Below are positions 1 through 9,887 of a DNA stretch of 64,000 nucleotides, one piece after another. The translations under genes were made by a program, and so were the position numbers. The first letter of the stretch is position 1. The number at the start of each line of letters is the position of its first letter. The stretch is from positions 202,453 to 266,452 of the forward strand of contig CAYJLF010000002.1 of assembly GCA_964371055.1 (NCBI GenBank). The letters are read 5' to 3'. Origin of the DNA: an uncultured bacterium. GTDB taxonomy: Bacteria; Eisenbacteria; RBG-16-71-46; CAIMUX01. The notes below the pieces were generated by a model. That model did no database searches. It saw only the letters and a list, made by a program, of their open reading frames with translations, and was not told the origin of the DNA.

Positions 1-562
1 GCAGTTCGTCAATCCCGCGAACCCGGAGATCCACCGCCAGACGACCGCGCTCGAGATCTGGGAGGACACCGCGGGCAAGATCGACATCTTCATCGCCGGC
101 GTCGGCACCGGCGGTACGATCACCGGATGCGGAGAGGTGCTGAAGGCCCGCAAGCCGTCGATTCGGACGGTGGCGGTCGAGCCTGTGACCTCGCCGGTCC
201 TGACGCAGTATCTCGCCGGGCAGGAGTTGCAGCCCGGGCCGCACAAGATCCAGGGGATCGGCGCGGGATTCGTGCCGGAGGTGCTGAATACCAAGGTCCT
301 CGATGAAGTCATCCAGGTGACGAACGACCAGGCGATGGAGACGGCGCGCCGCCTCTGCCGCGAAGAGGGGCTGATGGTCGGCATCTCTTCCGGCGCGGTC
401 GCGCACGCGGCCTTCACCCTGGCCGCCCGCCCGGAGAACGCCGGCCAGATGATCGTCGCGGTCCTGGCCAGCCACGGCGAGCGCTACCTCAGCACCGCGC
501 TCTACGAGTTCCCCGAAGAGGAGGCGAAGCCGGCGACCGATCCGGGGCATCCGGTGGTCTGA
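1..562 (+). CDS. cysK: Cysteine synthase A (O-acetylserine sulfhydrylase), C-terminal portion; 5' end lies outside the window
   Basis: Frame beginning at nt 2 translates ...[37 protein letters not shown]...[11 protein letters not shown]..., the conserved C-terminal half of PLP-dependent CysK. Stop at 560-562. Confidence 0.85.
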   Translation, partial: QFVNPANPEIHRQTTALEIWEDTAGKIDIFIAGVGTGGTITGCGEVLKARKPSIRTVAVEPVTSPVLTQYLAGQELQPGPHKIQGIGAGFVPEVLNTKVLDEVIQVTNDQAMETARRLCREEGLMVGISSGAVAHAAFTLAARPENAGQMIVAVLASHGERYLSTALYEFPEEEAKPATDPGHPVV

Positions 563-705
563 GACTGATCCCGCAGTTTGTGCCCGCGCGGCCCCGCGCC
601 CGGTTTCGGCCGGAGGCGGGGCCGTCTTGCGCCTCCCGAGGATCTCCGGCCGTCGCTCGCGGCGATCTGCTATCCTCGCGTTGCTGCACGGGGTCGGAAG
701 GGACC

Positions 706-3700
706 ATGAACGCTTCACGGGTGGCGACACCGACGCGTCCGTCACGCGAGACGGGGGGTCGCAGCCGGTCCGCACGGATCGCCGTGTCCGCTGCGATGCT
801 CTGCGTGCTGGCGTCGTTCGTCTGCTCCTCGGGGTACGGCGCGGTCCTCGCAGACTCTCTCTCTCGCGAGTACCCCGAGGAAGCCGCGCGCCGGCTGATT
901 GCGACCCATCCGGCCCTGGCGGCCTTTCGGGATGCGTGCGGACTCTCCCCGATCGACAAGGACCTCGCCCGCGACCCGGCGGCATCGGTGCGTCCTTTCC
1001 TCTCCTCGCCGTTACGGCGGAACGCGCCGCGCGTGGAGTTCGTTCACTTCCGGCAGCAGTTCGAAGGCTTTCCCGTCCTCGGGAGCATCGTCACCGTCGG
1101 TTGCGGAGAGGACGGTGGGGTGCGGACGGCGCGCGCGCGGGCGTTTCCCGTCTCCGGAGCCGGCGATTCCGGTGGCCGGAAGGATGTCTCCGGCCTCCGC
1201 TGGATCTCGCTCGAGCAGGCGCGGGCCGCCGCGATCGCCGACTGGCCCGCCGATCCGAGTCAGGCGTGGCCGACCGCCGGGGCTGCGCGGTTCGACTGGG
1301 ATCTCGCCGAACAGGCATGGCTTCCAGAGGAGAGCGGCCTCCGCCCGGTCTGGCGCCTTCGGTTTCGCTCGATCGAGCCGGTCGTGGCCTGCCAGGCGCT
1401 GGTCGACGGTGAAACGGGAGCGCTGGTCGAGAGGGTGGACCTGTTGCGCCACGGATGGGATCCGGCTTCCGGGCCCGCCGCGCTCTCCTCTGCCCCCCTG
1501 TCCGTCTTCAACGGCCGCATCCTGGGCGGGATCGAACCGCGGACCGCGGGTGACGCCCTGGTCGAGGTGCCATTCCCCGGCCTCATCGCCGAACTGAAAG
1601 GGGGCGGTTACAGCATCAACGGCGTCACCGATCCCGAAGGGCGGATCCGCATCGACGCTCCCACCACCGGCGAGTACATCCTGCGCCTCGGTTTGAGCGG
1701 GGAGTACGCCAAGGTGATCAACGCGTCGCGCGGCTACACGGTGCCGGCCGACAGCATCGCCGTCAACGTGCCGGGCGGCGCGGAGTTCAACTGGACCGCC
1801 CGGGCCAGCCACGTGGAGCGTGACGCCTACTTCCATGTGACGCGGGCGCATGAGTTCAACCGGATGCTCGATGACGGGCCGGCCCTCGATGCGATCGATC
1901 GTCCGATCGATGTCATCGTCGATGTGCCGACCAGCCCTACCGAGGCGTGCAATGCCTGGTGGAACGGGCATGCGCTCGGCTTCTACGCCGAGACGCAGTA
2001 CTGCCGTTCCTTCGCGCGCATCGCCGACATGGTCTACCACGAGTACGCCCACGCGGTGACGCAGGCGGTGACCGGTGGCTTCCTGACGGTGCCGGACGAC
2101 CTGAACGAGGCGTGGAGCGACTATGCCGCCGCGACCTTGACCGGCGACCCGAAGATCGGGCTCCACTTCGTCGGCCCGGGGACCTTCGTCCGGGAGCTGG
2201 AGACCGACCGCAGGTGGCCCGAGGACGCCAACCCGATCCCGCACATCCAGGGACTGATCCTCTCGGGCGCCCTCTGGGATCTGCGCCGGGAACTCGGGCC
2301 GTCTTTGACCGACTCGCTCTTCCACTTCGCGCGTTATGGCATGGCGCAGTCGTTCGAGCAGTATTTGTTCGACCTCCTCACGATCGACGATGACGACGGC
2401 ATCCTCGAGAATGGTACGCGACACTCGGGGGCGATCCTGGCCGCCTTCCGTGCGCACGGGCTCGGCCTGGACTCCATCCGGCTGATCGGGCAGCCGGTCC
2501 CGGATCAGGGGGAAACGGCCGAGCCGATCGTCGTCTCGATCGAGATCGTCACGCCGTTGTCCCCCCTGGCGATCGAGGAGAGCGGCCTCTTCATGCAGCG
2601 GGCGGGCGAGTCGATCTTCACGCGCGTGCCGTTGGAACGCGGGTCGGACCTGCGTTGGGGGGCCGTGGTCGCGCTGCCGGCCGCGGGGGAAGACGTGAGG
2701 TACTACTGGCAGGCGGCCAACGCCGCGGGGAGCGTGGCGCGCCTGCCGGCCGGCGCTCCCATGGAATCGTGGACCTTCCGCGTCGTGCCAGACACCGTCC
2801 CGCCGGAGGCGACGCATATCCCGCCCGAGGTGGCGATCGCCGGATACGGGGCGTTGCCGGTCCGGGTCGAGATGACCGATGACTCGGGGCGGATCGGCAG
2901 CGCGCGCTGCGCCTGGCGTTTCGATCCCACGGGAGTCGAGGGTGAGGTCCCGCTCGCGCGGGAACGAGGCAACACCTGGATCGGTCTTTTGCCGATCGAT
3001 CCGGAGATGGCCGGCGGCACGCTCTCCTATCGGATCCGCGCCCGGGATCGCGCCCCGACGCCCAACGAAACCGTGATCCCCGCGGAAGGAGAGTTCAAAG
3101 TCCCGGTGCGGGAAGGCCAACTCCTCGATCTCGAGGAGTCCGATGGCGGCCTCACGGCAGAGGGGGACTGGGAGTGGGGCGCTCCGGCCGACTCCGCGCG
3201 TGCCTACAGCGGCCGCCGGGTCTGGGCGACCGTGCTCGACGGAGTCTACCGCGACAACATCTCTTCGAGCCTGGTCTGGGGTCCCCTCGACTTGCGCGAC
3301 TGGGATCGCGCGCGACTGCAGTTCCGGCACCTCTACCGCACGGAGCCGGACTACGACGGAGGCTCCGTCTACGCCTCGACGAACCCCGCGAACGGCTGGA
3401 GACTGATCCCGCCTTCCGGCGGGTATCCCGACTACGCTCGTCCCTTCGGACCGGCCTACGGCGGAACGTCGGAGGGATGGGAGGAGGCGATCTTCCCGCT
3501 CGATTTCTACGTGGGCCGCACCATCTGGATTCGCTTCCAGTTCGATGCGGACCGCGCGGTCCGCGACATCGGTTGGTATCTCGACGACCTGGCGCTGGTC
3601 GCCGCGCAGGCGCTCGTCCCGCCGGAGCGCCTGACGGCAGAGCATGTGGGCGGAACGGGAGTCTGGTTGCGCTGGATTCCGCCCGAGGATGTCGATCGGA

Positions 3701-5685
3701 GGTCGCATCGCTTCGTGGGCTATCATCTCTACCGGGCGATCGGCGAGGAGCCGTTCACCGAGACGCCGTGGCGCCAGATCGAGCGGACCTCGGTCGCGTA
3801 CCTCGACCCGACCGTGGCGGAGGGAGTGACGTATCGCTATCTCCTGCGGGCCGCCTACGACGAAGGAGAGAGCGAGGGACGCGGGATCGTGCTCACGCCG
3901 TCGCCCGGGCAGCTTGAGCTCCCCACGGGCGATCTGTCCGTCGTGATCCGCGACTATGCGGTGCGGGACACGATCGTCACCCTCCGGAACGCGGGGACCG
4001 CCGCTCTGCGTTTCTCGAGTTTCGTGGCGGATGCCGACGAAGAGCCCGCCCGGGTGCGGCTCTCGTTCCCGATCGCGGCGCAGGGCGACACGGAGTACGA
4101 GCGCCTGGCGGAAGATCCGGCCGAGGTCGCCGCCGACAGTTCCTCCTCGACCCCGCCCGATCTGGCCGCGATCGACGTCCGGCAGCGCACCGGCGAAGAT
4201 GGCCTGTGGACGCTTCAGATCCGGTTGACCGGCCACCGTCCCTGGGGGGATCCGCGACGCGACTGGGGCGGATGGCTCTTCCTCGATCGGGACGGCGACC
4301 TGTCGACTTGCCGCCGGGATCTCGGCCCGCCGTGGGGTCAGGAGATCAACATCGGCTACGAGACGGCCGTGGCCTTCGGCGCCCTCACGGCATCCGCCGG
4401 TTATCCGGACGAACCGGCTGTGCTCTTCGGTGCGGCGGTCTCGCCGTTCCCCGTACCGTTGTCCGAGACGGTGTTGCCCGCCGGAGCGGACACGCTCACG
4501 CTCACGATCCCACTGACTCTGTTGTCCTATCCCGAACGGTTGCAGATCGCCGTGGTCATCGGCCGTGACGGCGAGGCGAGCGCGATCGACCAGGCACCGG
4601 ACCTGCCGGCGGCATCCTGGCTGCGCAGAGAGCCGGTTGGAGGGACGATTCCGGGCGAGCGGGACCTCGATCTGCAGCTGCAGATGGAGACGGAGGGGTT
4701 GCCCAACGGGCTCTACCGCGCCGCGCTGCTTCTCGAGACGACGATGCAGCGCGAGGCCTGGCAGCGTCTGCCGGTGACGCTGGAGGTCGATCGCGATCTT
4801 CCGGCCGAACTGGAAGAGATCGATTTCGTCTCCTCCCGGCGCGAGCTCGAGGGTCGCTTCCGCCTGCGGAGAGAGGTCGTTCCCGACTCGGTCTGGGTCG
4901 AGCGCGCCGAGGGTGAGGCATGGGTCCGCATCGACGAGGACGTGCTGGTCCCGGATCCGGACGGGAGGTACACCTTCCACGACTCACGGGCGGTGACCAC
5001 CGTGACCTCGACCTATCGCATCCAGGTGCGCCAGGGTGCGTACGTGCGCCACTACGGTCCCTACACGACGACCTGGAACTGGCAACCGCCTGCGCTCGAG
5101 GCAGTGGAGCTGGCATCGACCGACGAGGGGATCGCAGGGACCTTCCGGGTCCCGGACCTCTTCGAGCCGAGGCCGGCGGTGCGTCTCGCGCGCCTGTGGC
5201 CGGCGGAAGAGTGGCGGAGCCTTCGCATCGACGCATCGGACCCCGATTCCGCCGGCACGGTGCGCTTTTTCGACCGGTGGCTGGAGTCCCGCCCGGGATC
5301 GATTCGGCCGGACGAACGGTATGTCTATCGGGTGACGCTGCAGTTCGGACCTGCCGACAGTCTCATCTATGAAGGGCTCGAGACGGTCTTTGCGCCGCCG
5401 CTGCCGCAGACGCTGGAGCTGCATCCGCCGCGGCCCAACCCGTTCCGGAACGACGTGCTCTTCCGCCTCGACCTGCCGGCGGCCGGAGGCGTGCGACTCG
5501 AGCTGTTCGATGTCCAGGGGCGCCGGCGTGCCGTGCTCGCGCGCGGCGAACTCCCCGCGGGAGTCCACCATCTACTCTGGGACGGCCGCGACTCGGGAGG
5601 AGAGGCCCTTCCCGCCGGCGTCTACTGGGTTCGCCTCCAAGGCGCGGGCGCCGTGCGCCTGCTGCGACTGGTCAGAGTGCGCTGA
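706..5685 (+). CDS. Giant (~1660 aa) secreted multi-domain zinc metallopeptidase: thermolysin-like HEXXH...NEAxSD gluzincin core with a FlgD-Ig-like/T9SS-type C-terminal domain
   Basis: ATG at 706 after GGAAG; N-terminal signal peptide (MNASRVATP...AAMLCVLASFVCSSG). HEYAHAVT (HEXXH) and DDLNEAWSDY motifs. C-terminus PNPFRNDVLFRLDL...LLWDGRDSGGEALPAGVYWVRLQ...RLVRVR matches the CTD shared by 5 other genes in the window. Confidence 0.75.
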   Translation: MNASRVATPTRPSRETGGRSRSARIAVSAAMLCVLASFVCSSGYGAVLADSLSREYPEEAARRLIATHPALAAFRDACGLSPIDKDLARDPAASVRPFLSSPLRRNAPRVEFVHFRQQFEGFPVLGSIVTVGCGEDGGVRTARARAFPVSGAGDSGGRKDVSGLRWISLEQARAAAIADWPADPSQAWPTAGAARFDWDLAEQAWLPEESGLRPVWRLRFRSIEPVVACQALVDGETGALVERVDLLRHGWDPASGPAALSSAPLSVFNGRILGGIEPRTAGDALVEVPFPGLIAELKGGGYSINGVTDPEGRIRIDAPTTGEYILRLGLSGEYAKVINASRGYTVPADSIAVNVPGGAEFNWTARASHVERDAYFHVTRAHEFNRMLDDGPALDAIDRPIDVIVDVPTSPTEACNAWWNGHALGFYAETQYCRSFARIADMVYHEYAHAVTQAVTGGFLTVPDDLNEAWSDYAAATLTGDPKIGLHFVGPGTFVRELETDRRWPEDANPIPHIQGLILSGALWDLRRELGPSLTDSLFHFARYGMAQSFEQYLFDLLTIDDDDGILENGTRHSGAILAAFRAHGLGLDSIRLIGQPVPDQGETAEPIVVSIEIVTPLSPLAIEESGLFMQRAGESIFTRVPLERGSDLRWGAVVALPAAGEDVRYYWQAANAAGSVARLPAGAPMESWTFRVVPDTVPPEATHIPPEVAIAGYGALPVRVEMTDDSGRIGSARCAWRFDPTGVEGEVPLARERGNTWIGLLPIDPEMAGGTLSYRIRARDRAPTPNETVIPAEGEFKVPVREGQLLDLEESDGGLTAEGDWEWGAPADSARAYSGRRVWATVLDGVYRDNISSSLVWGPLDLRDWDRARLQFRHLYRTEPDYDGGSVYASTNPANGWRLIPPSGGYPDYARPFGPAYGGTSEGWEEAIFPLDFYVGRTIWIRFQFDADRAVRDIGWYLDDLALVAAQALVPPERLTAEHVGGTGVWLRWIPPEDVDRRSHRFVGYHLYRAIGEEPFTETPWRQIERTSVAYLDPTVAEGVTYRYLLRAAYDEGESEGRGIVLTPSPGQLELPTGDLSVVIRDYAVRDTIVTLRNAGTAALRFSSFVADADEEPARVRLSFPIAAQGDTEYERLAEDPAEVAADSSSSTPPDLAAIDVRQRTGEDGLWTLQIRLTGHRPWGDPRRDWGGWLFLDRDGDLSTCRRDLGPPWGQEINIGYETAVAFGALTASAGYPDEPAVLFGAAVSPFPVPLSETVLPAGADTLTLTIPLTLLSYPERLQIAVVIGRDGEASAIDQAPDLPAASWLRREPVGGTIPGERDLDLQLQMETEGLPNGLYRAALLLETTMQREAWQRLPVTLEVDRDLPAELEEIDFVSSRRELEGRFRLRREVVPDSVWVERAEGEAWVRIDEDVLVPDPDGRYTFHDSRAVTTVTSTYRIQVRQGAYVRHYGPYTTTWNWQPPALEAVELASTDEGIAGTFRVPDLFEPRPAVRLARLWPAEEWRSLRIDASDPDSAGTVRFFDRWLESRPGSIRPDERYVYRVTLQFGPADSLIYEGLETVFAPPLPQTLELHPPRPNPFRNDVLFRLDLPAAGGVRLELFDVQGRRRAVLARGELPAGVHHLLWDGRDSGGEALPAGVYWVRLQGAGAVRLLRLVRVR

Positions 5686-5874
5686 TCACGGCGATGGTCG
5701 CGGCGCGACCGTGTGTCTCGCCGCTTTCGGCCGGCGCGGCGCGGATCGATCCTCTTGTGCCGCGACGAGATACTCCGGGCATTGCATCCGCGGCCGCGAT
5801 GCATTATCATCCCCGACCGTGCAACGAGATCCCACCCCGTTCGTGCTCAAAGGGAGTTTCACAAGGAGGGCCTC

Positions 5875-7416
5875 ATGTCATCTTGTCAACGTCTTGTCAT
5901 CGCCCTCGTCCTGGTGGGCGCGGCCGCCCTCGCGTCGGCGCCGGCCTCAGGCGAAGTCATTCCAGCTCAGGTGGTCGTCCTGACGACCGATCCGATCGGC
6001 GGCTCCACCGTCAGCGGCCTCAACGCTCCTTTCACCGACGGCAACGGCCGGGTCGGATTCGTCGGCTCGATGGCCGATGCCCAACGGTTCATCTGGTGGG
6101 ATACGGGCCCGGTCTTCTTCAGCAATGATGCGCTGCCGGATGTGTTGACCGGCAGTGAATCGACGATGGGGGTCAGCGATGACGGGGGGTTCATCTACAG
6201 CCCCAGCTTCAACGGCAATGACGCGGTTTACAGCGACGTTGGGAAGATCCTGGCCAAGGGCGATCCGATGCCGGTGCTGCCGGGTCTTGGCCCTTGGTCT
6301 TCCTTCAACAGCCGCCCCACGATGAATCCGGACGGCACGGCCTACTGGATCGCCGGCACCTCCGACACCCAGGGCGGCTCCAGTTCGAACCGTCACTTGC
6401 TGAAGGCCGTGCCGCCGTATGCGGACTCGACCTTCGTCCGCATGCTGGGCGGCGGCGACGTGATCGAGGGAAAGACGATCCGCACGACGGCCAGCAACTT
6501 CGACTACGACATCTCGGACAACAACCTCCATCACATCCATGTCCTCGACATGAACGTGACCTTGAACGAACACCTCTACGTCGACGGCGCCTTCGTCGCG
6601 GTCGAGGGAAGCCCGACGGGCCAGGGCGACAACTGGGCCGCGTTCGATAACGTGAGCATCAACAACGACGGACACTACATCTTCACCGGTGACACCGACG
6701 GCGCCACCGGGATCGACGAGTTCGTCGCCTATGACGGCGAGATCAAGGTGCGCGAGGGGGATGACCTCGACGAGATCCTCCTTCCGCCCGGGGCGACTCT
6801 CCGAGCGGCCAGCCTCAACAACCGGGGGCAGGTCGCGCACATCTGGGGGGCGTCGACCGGGGGCGCCGAGTGGCTCTTCGTCGGTGACGGCGCCACGCTC
6901 GGTCTCTCGATGCTGGTGCTGGCGGTCGGGGACTCGCTCGACACCGATGACGACGGGTTCGGGGAGTACGCGGTGCTCGACTTCAACGCCAGCGGCACGG
7001 TCGGGCCCGGTCTCGATTTTGCCGACAACGGCTACGTCTTCGTGGACGTCGATCTCGGAGATCCGGCCGGAAGCACGTTCGAAGCGGTCATCCGCGTCAC
7101 GGTCGATGCAACGAGCGCGGTGGCGGGTCCGTCGGAGGTCCGCGGCTTCGATCTGCGCGTCGTGCCCAATCCGATGACCGATGCGGTCCGGATCCTGGGT
7201 GCGCGGGCGTTCGTGGGGACCGTTGCCCTCTCGATCCACGACGTGGCCGGGCGCCGGGTCCGGATGCTCGCGCCGGCCGCCGGTGACAAGGGGCCGATCG
7301 ACATCCTCTGGGACGGACGGAACGACGCGGGCGAGCGCGTGTCCGCCGGGACCTACTTCGTCCGTGCGGAGGCAGAGGAGGGAAGCCACACGGCACGGCT
7401 GACGGTGGTCCGTTAG
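5875..7416 (+). CDS. Hypothetical secreted protein with FlgD-Ig-like C-terminal sorting domain
   Basis: ATG 5875 preceded by AAGGAGG. Signal peptide MSSCQRLVIALVLVGAAALASA. C-terminus VVPNPMTD...ILWDGRNDAGERVSAGTYFVRAEAEEGSHTARLTVVR. Confidence 0.6.
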   Translation: MSSCQRLVIALVLVGAAALASAPASGEVIPAQVVVLTTDPIGGSTVSGLNAPFTDGNGRVGFVGSMADAQRFIWWDTGPVFFSNDALPDVLTGSESTMGVSDDGGFIYSPSFNGNDAVYSDVGKILAKGDPMPVLPGLGPWSSFNSRPTMNPDGTAYWIAGTSDTQGGSSSNRHLLKAVPPYADSTFVRMLGGGDVIEGKTIRTTASNFDYDISDNNLHHIHVLDMNVTLNEHLYVDGAFVAVEGSPTGQGDNWAAFDNVSINNDGHYIFTGDTDGATGIDEFVAYDGEIKVREGDDLDEILLPPGATLRAASLNNRGQVAHIWGASTGGAEWLFVGDGATLGLSMLVLAVGDSLDTDDDGFGEYAVLDFNASGTVGPGLDFADNGYVFVDVDLGDPAGSTFEAVIRVTVDATSAVAGPSEVRGFDLRVVPNPMTDAVRILGARAFVGTVALSIHDVAGRRVRMLAPAAGDKGPIDILWDGRNDAGERVSAGTYFVRAEAEEGSHTARLTVVR

Positions 7417-7521
7417 AGAAGTCACGAAGTGCGGAGGGGGCGCCCTGCCGCTCCCTCCGCCGATCGTCCGCCCCAGACGGCGATTGACCGGGGCCGAACG
7501 CGCGTTACCATCCCCTCCACC

Positions 7522-8652
7522 ATGGCTCGCTCCTTCTCCCACGGCATCGCCCGGCTGGCCTTGTCCGCCTGCATCGTGGCCGGCGCCACGGCCGCGCTCG
7601 CGGTCGCCCCACCTCCCGCTCCCGCGGACAGCACGCAGGAGTACTTCTTCTATCGAGGACGCGACTACGGCTCGGAGAAGCTGGGCACGCCGACGAGACT
7701 GATCGTCAATGGCGGCTTCGGCATCCTGCAGATGGAGAACCGCTCGAACCGTCTCTCCGACATCGAGTGGGCGACCGGCTGGCGCGGTCTCTGGAAGAAC
7801 CTCGGACATCCCGTGGAGTCGATCGAGCAGAAGGGATGGTGGGACTTCATCGCCTCTGAGGTCATCCCGTTCAGCGTCAATCGCGAGAGCAGCCAGTACT
7901 GGCCGAACTACCTGAACCACCTGATCGGCGGAGGGATGAGCTACCGCCGCATGCGGGAGTGGTACACCTGGCACGGCGTTCCGTACGCGAGGCCGGCCGC
8001 GGTGGTGACGCTGACGGTCTATCACCTGCTCAACGAGACGGTCGAGATGCACAACCGCACCGGCTGGCGGGCCGACCCGGTAGCCGACGTCTACATCTTC
8101 GACACCGCCGGCATCTTCGTCTTCAGCTCTGATCGGGTGTGCCGTTTCTTCAGCCGGACGCTCCACCTGGAGGACTGGTCGTTCCAGCCGCTGTACGACC
8201 CGGTGACGGGGAGCCTGGAGAATGTCGGTCAGAACTACATGGTCCGTTTCGGCCTTCGCCGCACGGCTCCCTGGAGCCTCTTCTATCACTGGGGCAATGG
8301 CGGCGAACTCGGCCTCTCCCGCGATCTCGGCGGCGGGCGCCACGTGAGTCTCGGCGGCGGTTTCGTGGCCAAGAGTCTCACCGACGCCGACGCCTACAGC
8401 GAGACCGTCGACCTGGTCACGAGCGCGGGGCTTTTCTACGACCGCGAAGGGAGCCTGCTGGCCGGCTTGCTGTACTCGCCGCGCCGGGACGGCCGCGTGC
8501 GCCTCAACCTATACCCGGGCCTGCTGCGCGTCGGTTCCCTCCGGCCCGGCTTCACGATCATCCTCACCGACGAATCGGACGTGCTGACCGGCATCACCTT
8601 CGGCAGCGTGCCCCTGATCCCGGTGGGCCCCGGCGGCAAGCCGTTCGGTTGA
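7522..8652 (+). CDS. Hypothetical secreted protein (Trp/Tyr-rich; possibly DUF3943-like: YWPNYLNHLIGGGMSY)
   Basis: ATG 7522 with signal peptide MARSFSHGIARLALSACIVAGATAALA. No catalytic motifs recognised. Start is uncertain because the ORF extends upstream to a GTG at 7429. Confidence 0.45.
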   Translation: MARSFSHGIARLALSACIVAGATAALAVAPPPAPADSTQEYFFYRGRDYGSEKLGTPTRLIVNGGFGILQMENRSNRLSDIEWATGWRGLWKNLGHPVESIEQKGWWDFIASEVIPFSVNRESSQYWPNYLNHLIGGGMSYRRMREWYTWHGVPYARPAAVVTLTVYHLLNETVEMHNRTGWRADPVADVYIFDTAGIFVFSSDRVCRFFSRTLHLEDWSFQPLYDPVTGSLENVGQNYMVRFGLRRTAPWSLFYHWGNGGELGLSRDLGGGRHVSLGGGFVAKSLTDADAYSETVDLVTSAGLFYDREGSLLAGLLYSPRRDGRVRLNLYPGLLRVGSLRPGFTIILTDESDVLTGITFGSVPLIPVGPGGKPFG

Positions 8653-8726
8653 GCCGGCGCCAGGGGAGGAACACGCGCTACCGGTTCCGCTGACCGTTCC
8701 GCTGACCGGCCCTATCGTCCGGCCCG

Positions 8727-9887
8727 CTACTTCAGCGCCTCTTCCCCCCCGAGCGAGCGGTAGGGATCGAGTTCCGCCAGGATGGCGCGATCTGCGTCCG
8801 TGGCCGACTGCGTGATCATCCGGGAGAGGAGCGCGCCGACGCCGGGGCCGAGCATGTACCCCTGGCCGCACATGCCGACTGCCTGGATGAAGCCTTCGAC
8901 CTCGCGCGCCGGGCCGATCAGCGGCGATCCGTCGGGAGTCATGGGGTAGAGACCGCGCCAGGTGCGCCGGACCTTGAGATGAGCCAGCTTGGGCACGAGA
9001 TCGACCATTCTCCTCGCGATCATCGGCAGGAAGGTGGAGGTCTCACGGCGGTCGGTGCCGACCACCGGCGGTTCCGGGGTGATGCAGAAGACCACCTGCC
9101 CCGGCTTGTGCTGGTAGAAGTAGTAGTTCTTCGAACCTTCCGTCGGGCGGATGTCGACGATCATCGGGCCGATGAAGGGGGCCACCGGTTCGGTGATCCC
9201 GGCCTCGTGGCTGTCGGGGACGACCGGGATGTCGGCGCCGATCGACTCGGAGAGCGAGCGCGCCCAGGGTCCGGCGGCATTGACCACCGTTTCGGTGGCG
9301 TACCCCCCGCGGTCGGTGCGCACGCCGGCGACCCGCCCACGGCGGCGGATCACCCCCGTCACCCGCTCGCCAAAGCGGAAGTCCACGCCGAGCTTTCGCG
9401 CCTGGTCATGAAAGGCGACGCTGCTCAGGAGGGGAGAGGCCGACCCGTCGCCCGGCGAGAAGGTCCCGCCTCGCAGTCCTTCCGGGTTCAAATCAGGCAC
9501 GATGCCGAGCATCTCGTCGCAGTCGAGCCAGCGGATGTCGAGTCCGTGGCGGAGTTGCTCGATCAGGAGTTCGCGCAGCGCCCGTTCCTCTCGTTCGCGG
9601 TAGGCGACGAAGACATAGCCGTTCTGCTGCCACTCGAGCTCGTGGCCGTAACGCTCCTTCCAGGTCGAGAAGACCCGGAGCGAGTCGAGGCAGAGGCGGA
9701 TCTTGGACGGCTGCGAGTGCGTGGCGCGGATTCCGCCGATGGCAGCCTTGTTGCTGCCCTGGCCCGGACCGGCGAACTGGTCGATGACGAGGGGCTTGAG
9801 ACCGGCCTCGGCCAGAAAGAGCGCCGCCGGAAGGCCCACGCTGCCGGCTCCGACGATGATCGCGTCGTAGACCTTGGTGCTCATCAC
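8727..9887 (-). CDS. FAD-dependent oxidoreductase, HcnC / opine oxidase B / sarcosine oxidase beta-like
   Basis: N-terminal dinucleotide fold YDAIIVGAGSVGLPAALFLAEAG. Length and overall similarity fit the glycine/D-amino-acid oxidase family. 4-nt overlap with the upstream gene indicates co-translation. Confidence 0.8.
   Translation of the reverse strand: MMSTKVYDAIIVGAGSVGLPAALFLAEAGLKPLVIDQFAGPGQGSNKAAIGGIRATHSQPSKIRLCLDSLRVFSTWKERYGHELEWQQNGYVFVAYREREERALRELLIEQLRHGLDIRWLDCDEMLGIVPDLNPEGLRGGTFSPGDGSASPLLSSVAFHDQARKLGVDFRFGERVTGVIRRRGRVAGVRTDRGGYATETVVNAAGPWARSLSESIGADIPVVPDSHEAGITEPVAPFIGPMIVDIRPTEGSKNYYFYQHKPGQVVFCITPEPPVVGTDRRETSTFLPMIARRMVDLVPKLAHLKVRRTWRGLYPMTPDGSPLIGPAREVEGFIQAVGMCGQGYMLGPGVGALLSRMITQSATDADRAILAELDPYRSLGGEEALK

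Noticed and set aside
1012-4980. 1322-aa ORF on the minus strand antisense to the giant peptidase gene. Similar long antisense ORFs occur at 5947-8343, 9899-12097, 30353-32908, 34587-36446, 41909-45892, 48608-50839 and 55693-57336.
   Set aside because: All are Arg/Gly/Pro/Asp-rich low-complexity translations with no motifs. They lie exactly opposite well-supported genes and are the expected stop-codon-poor shadow frames of ~70% GC DNA.
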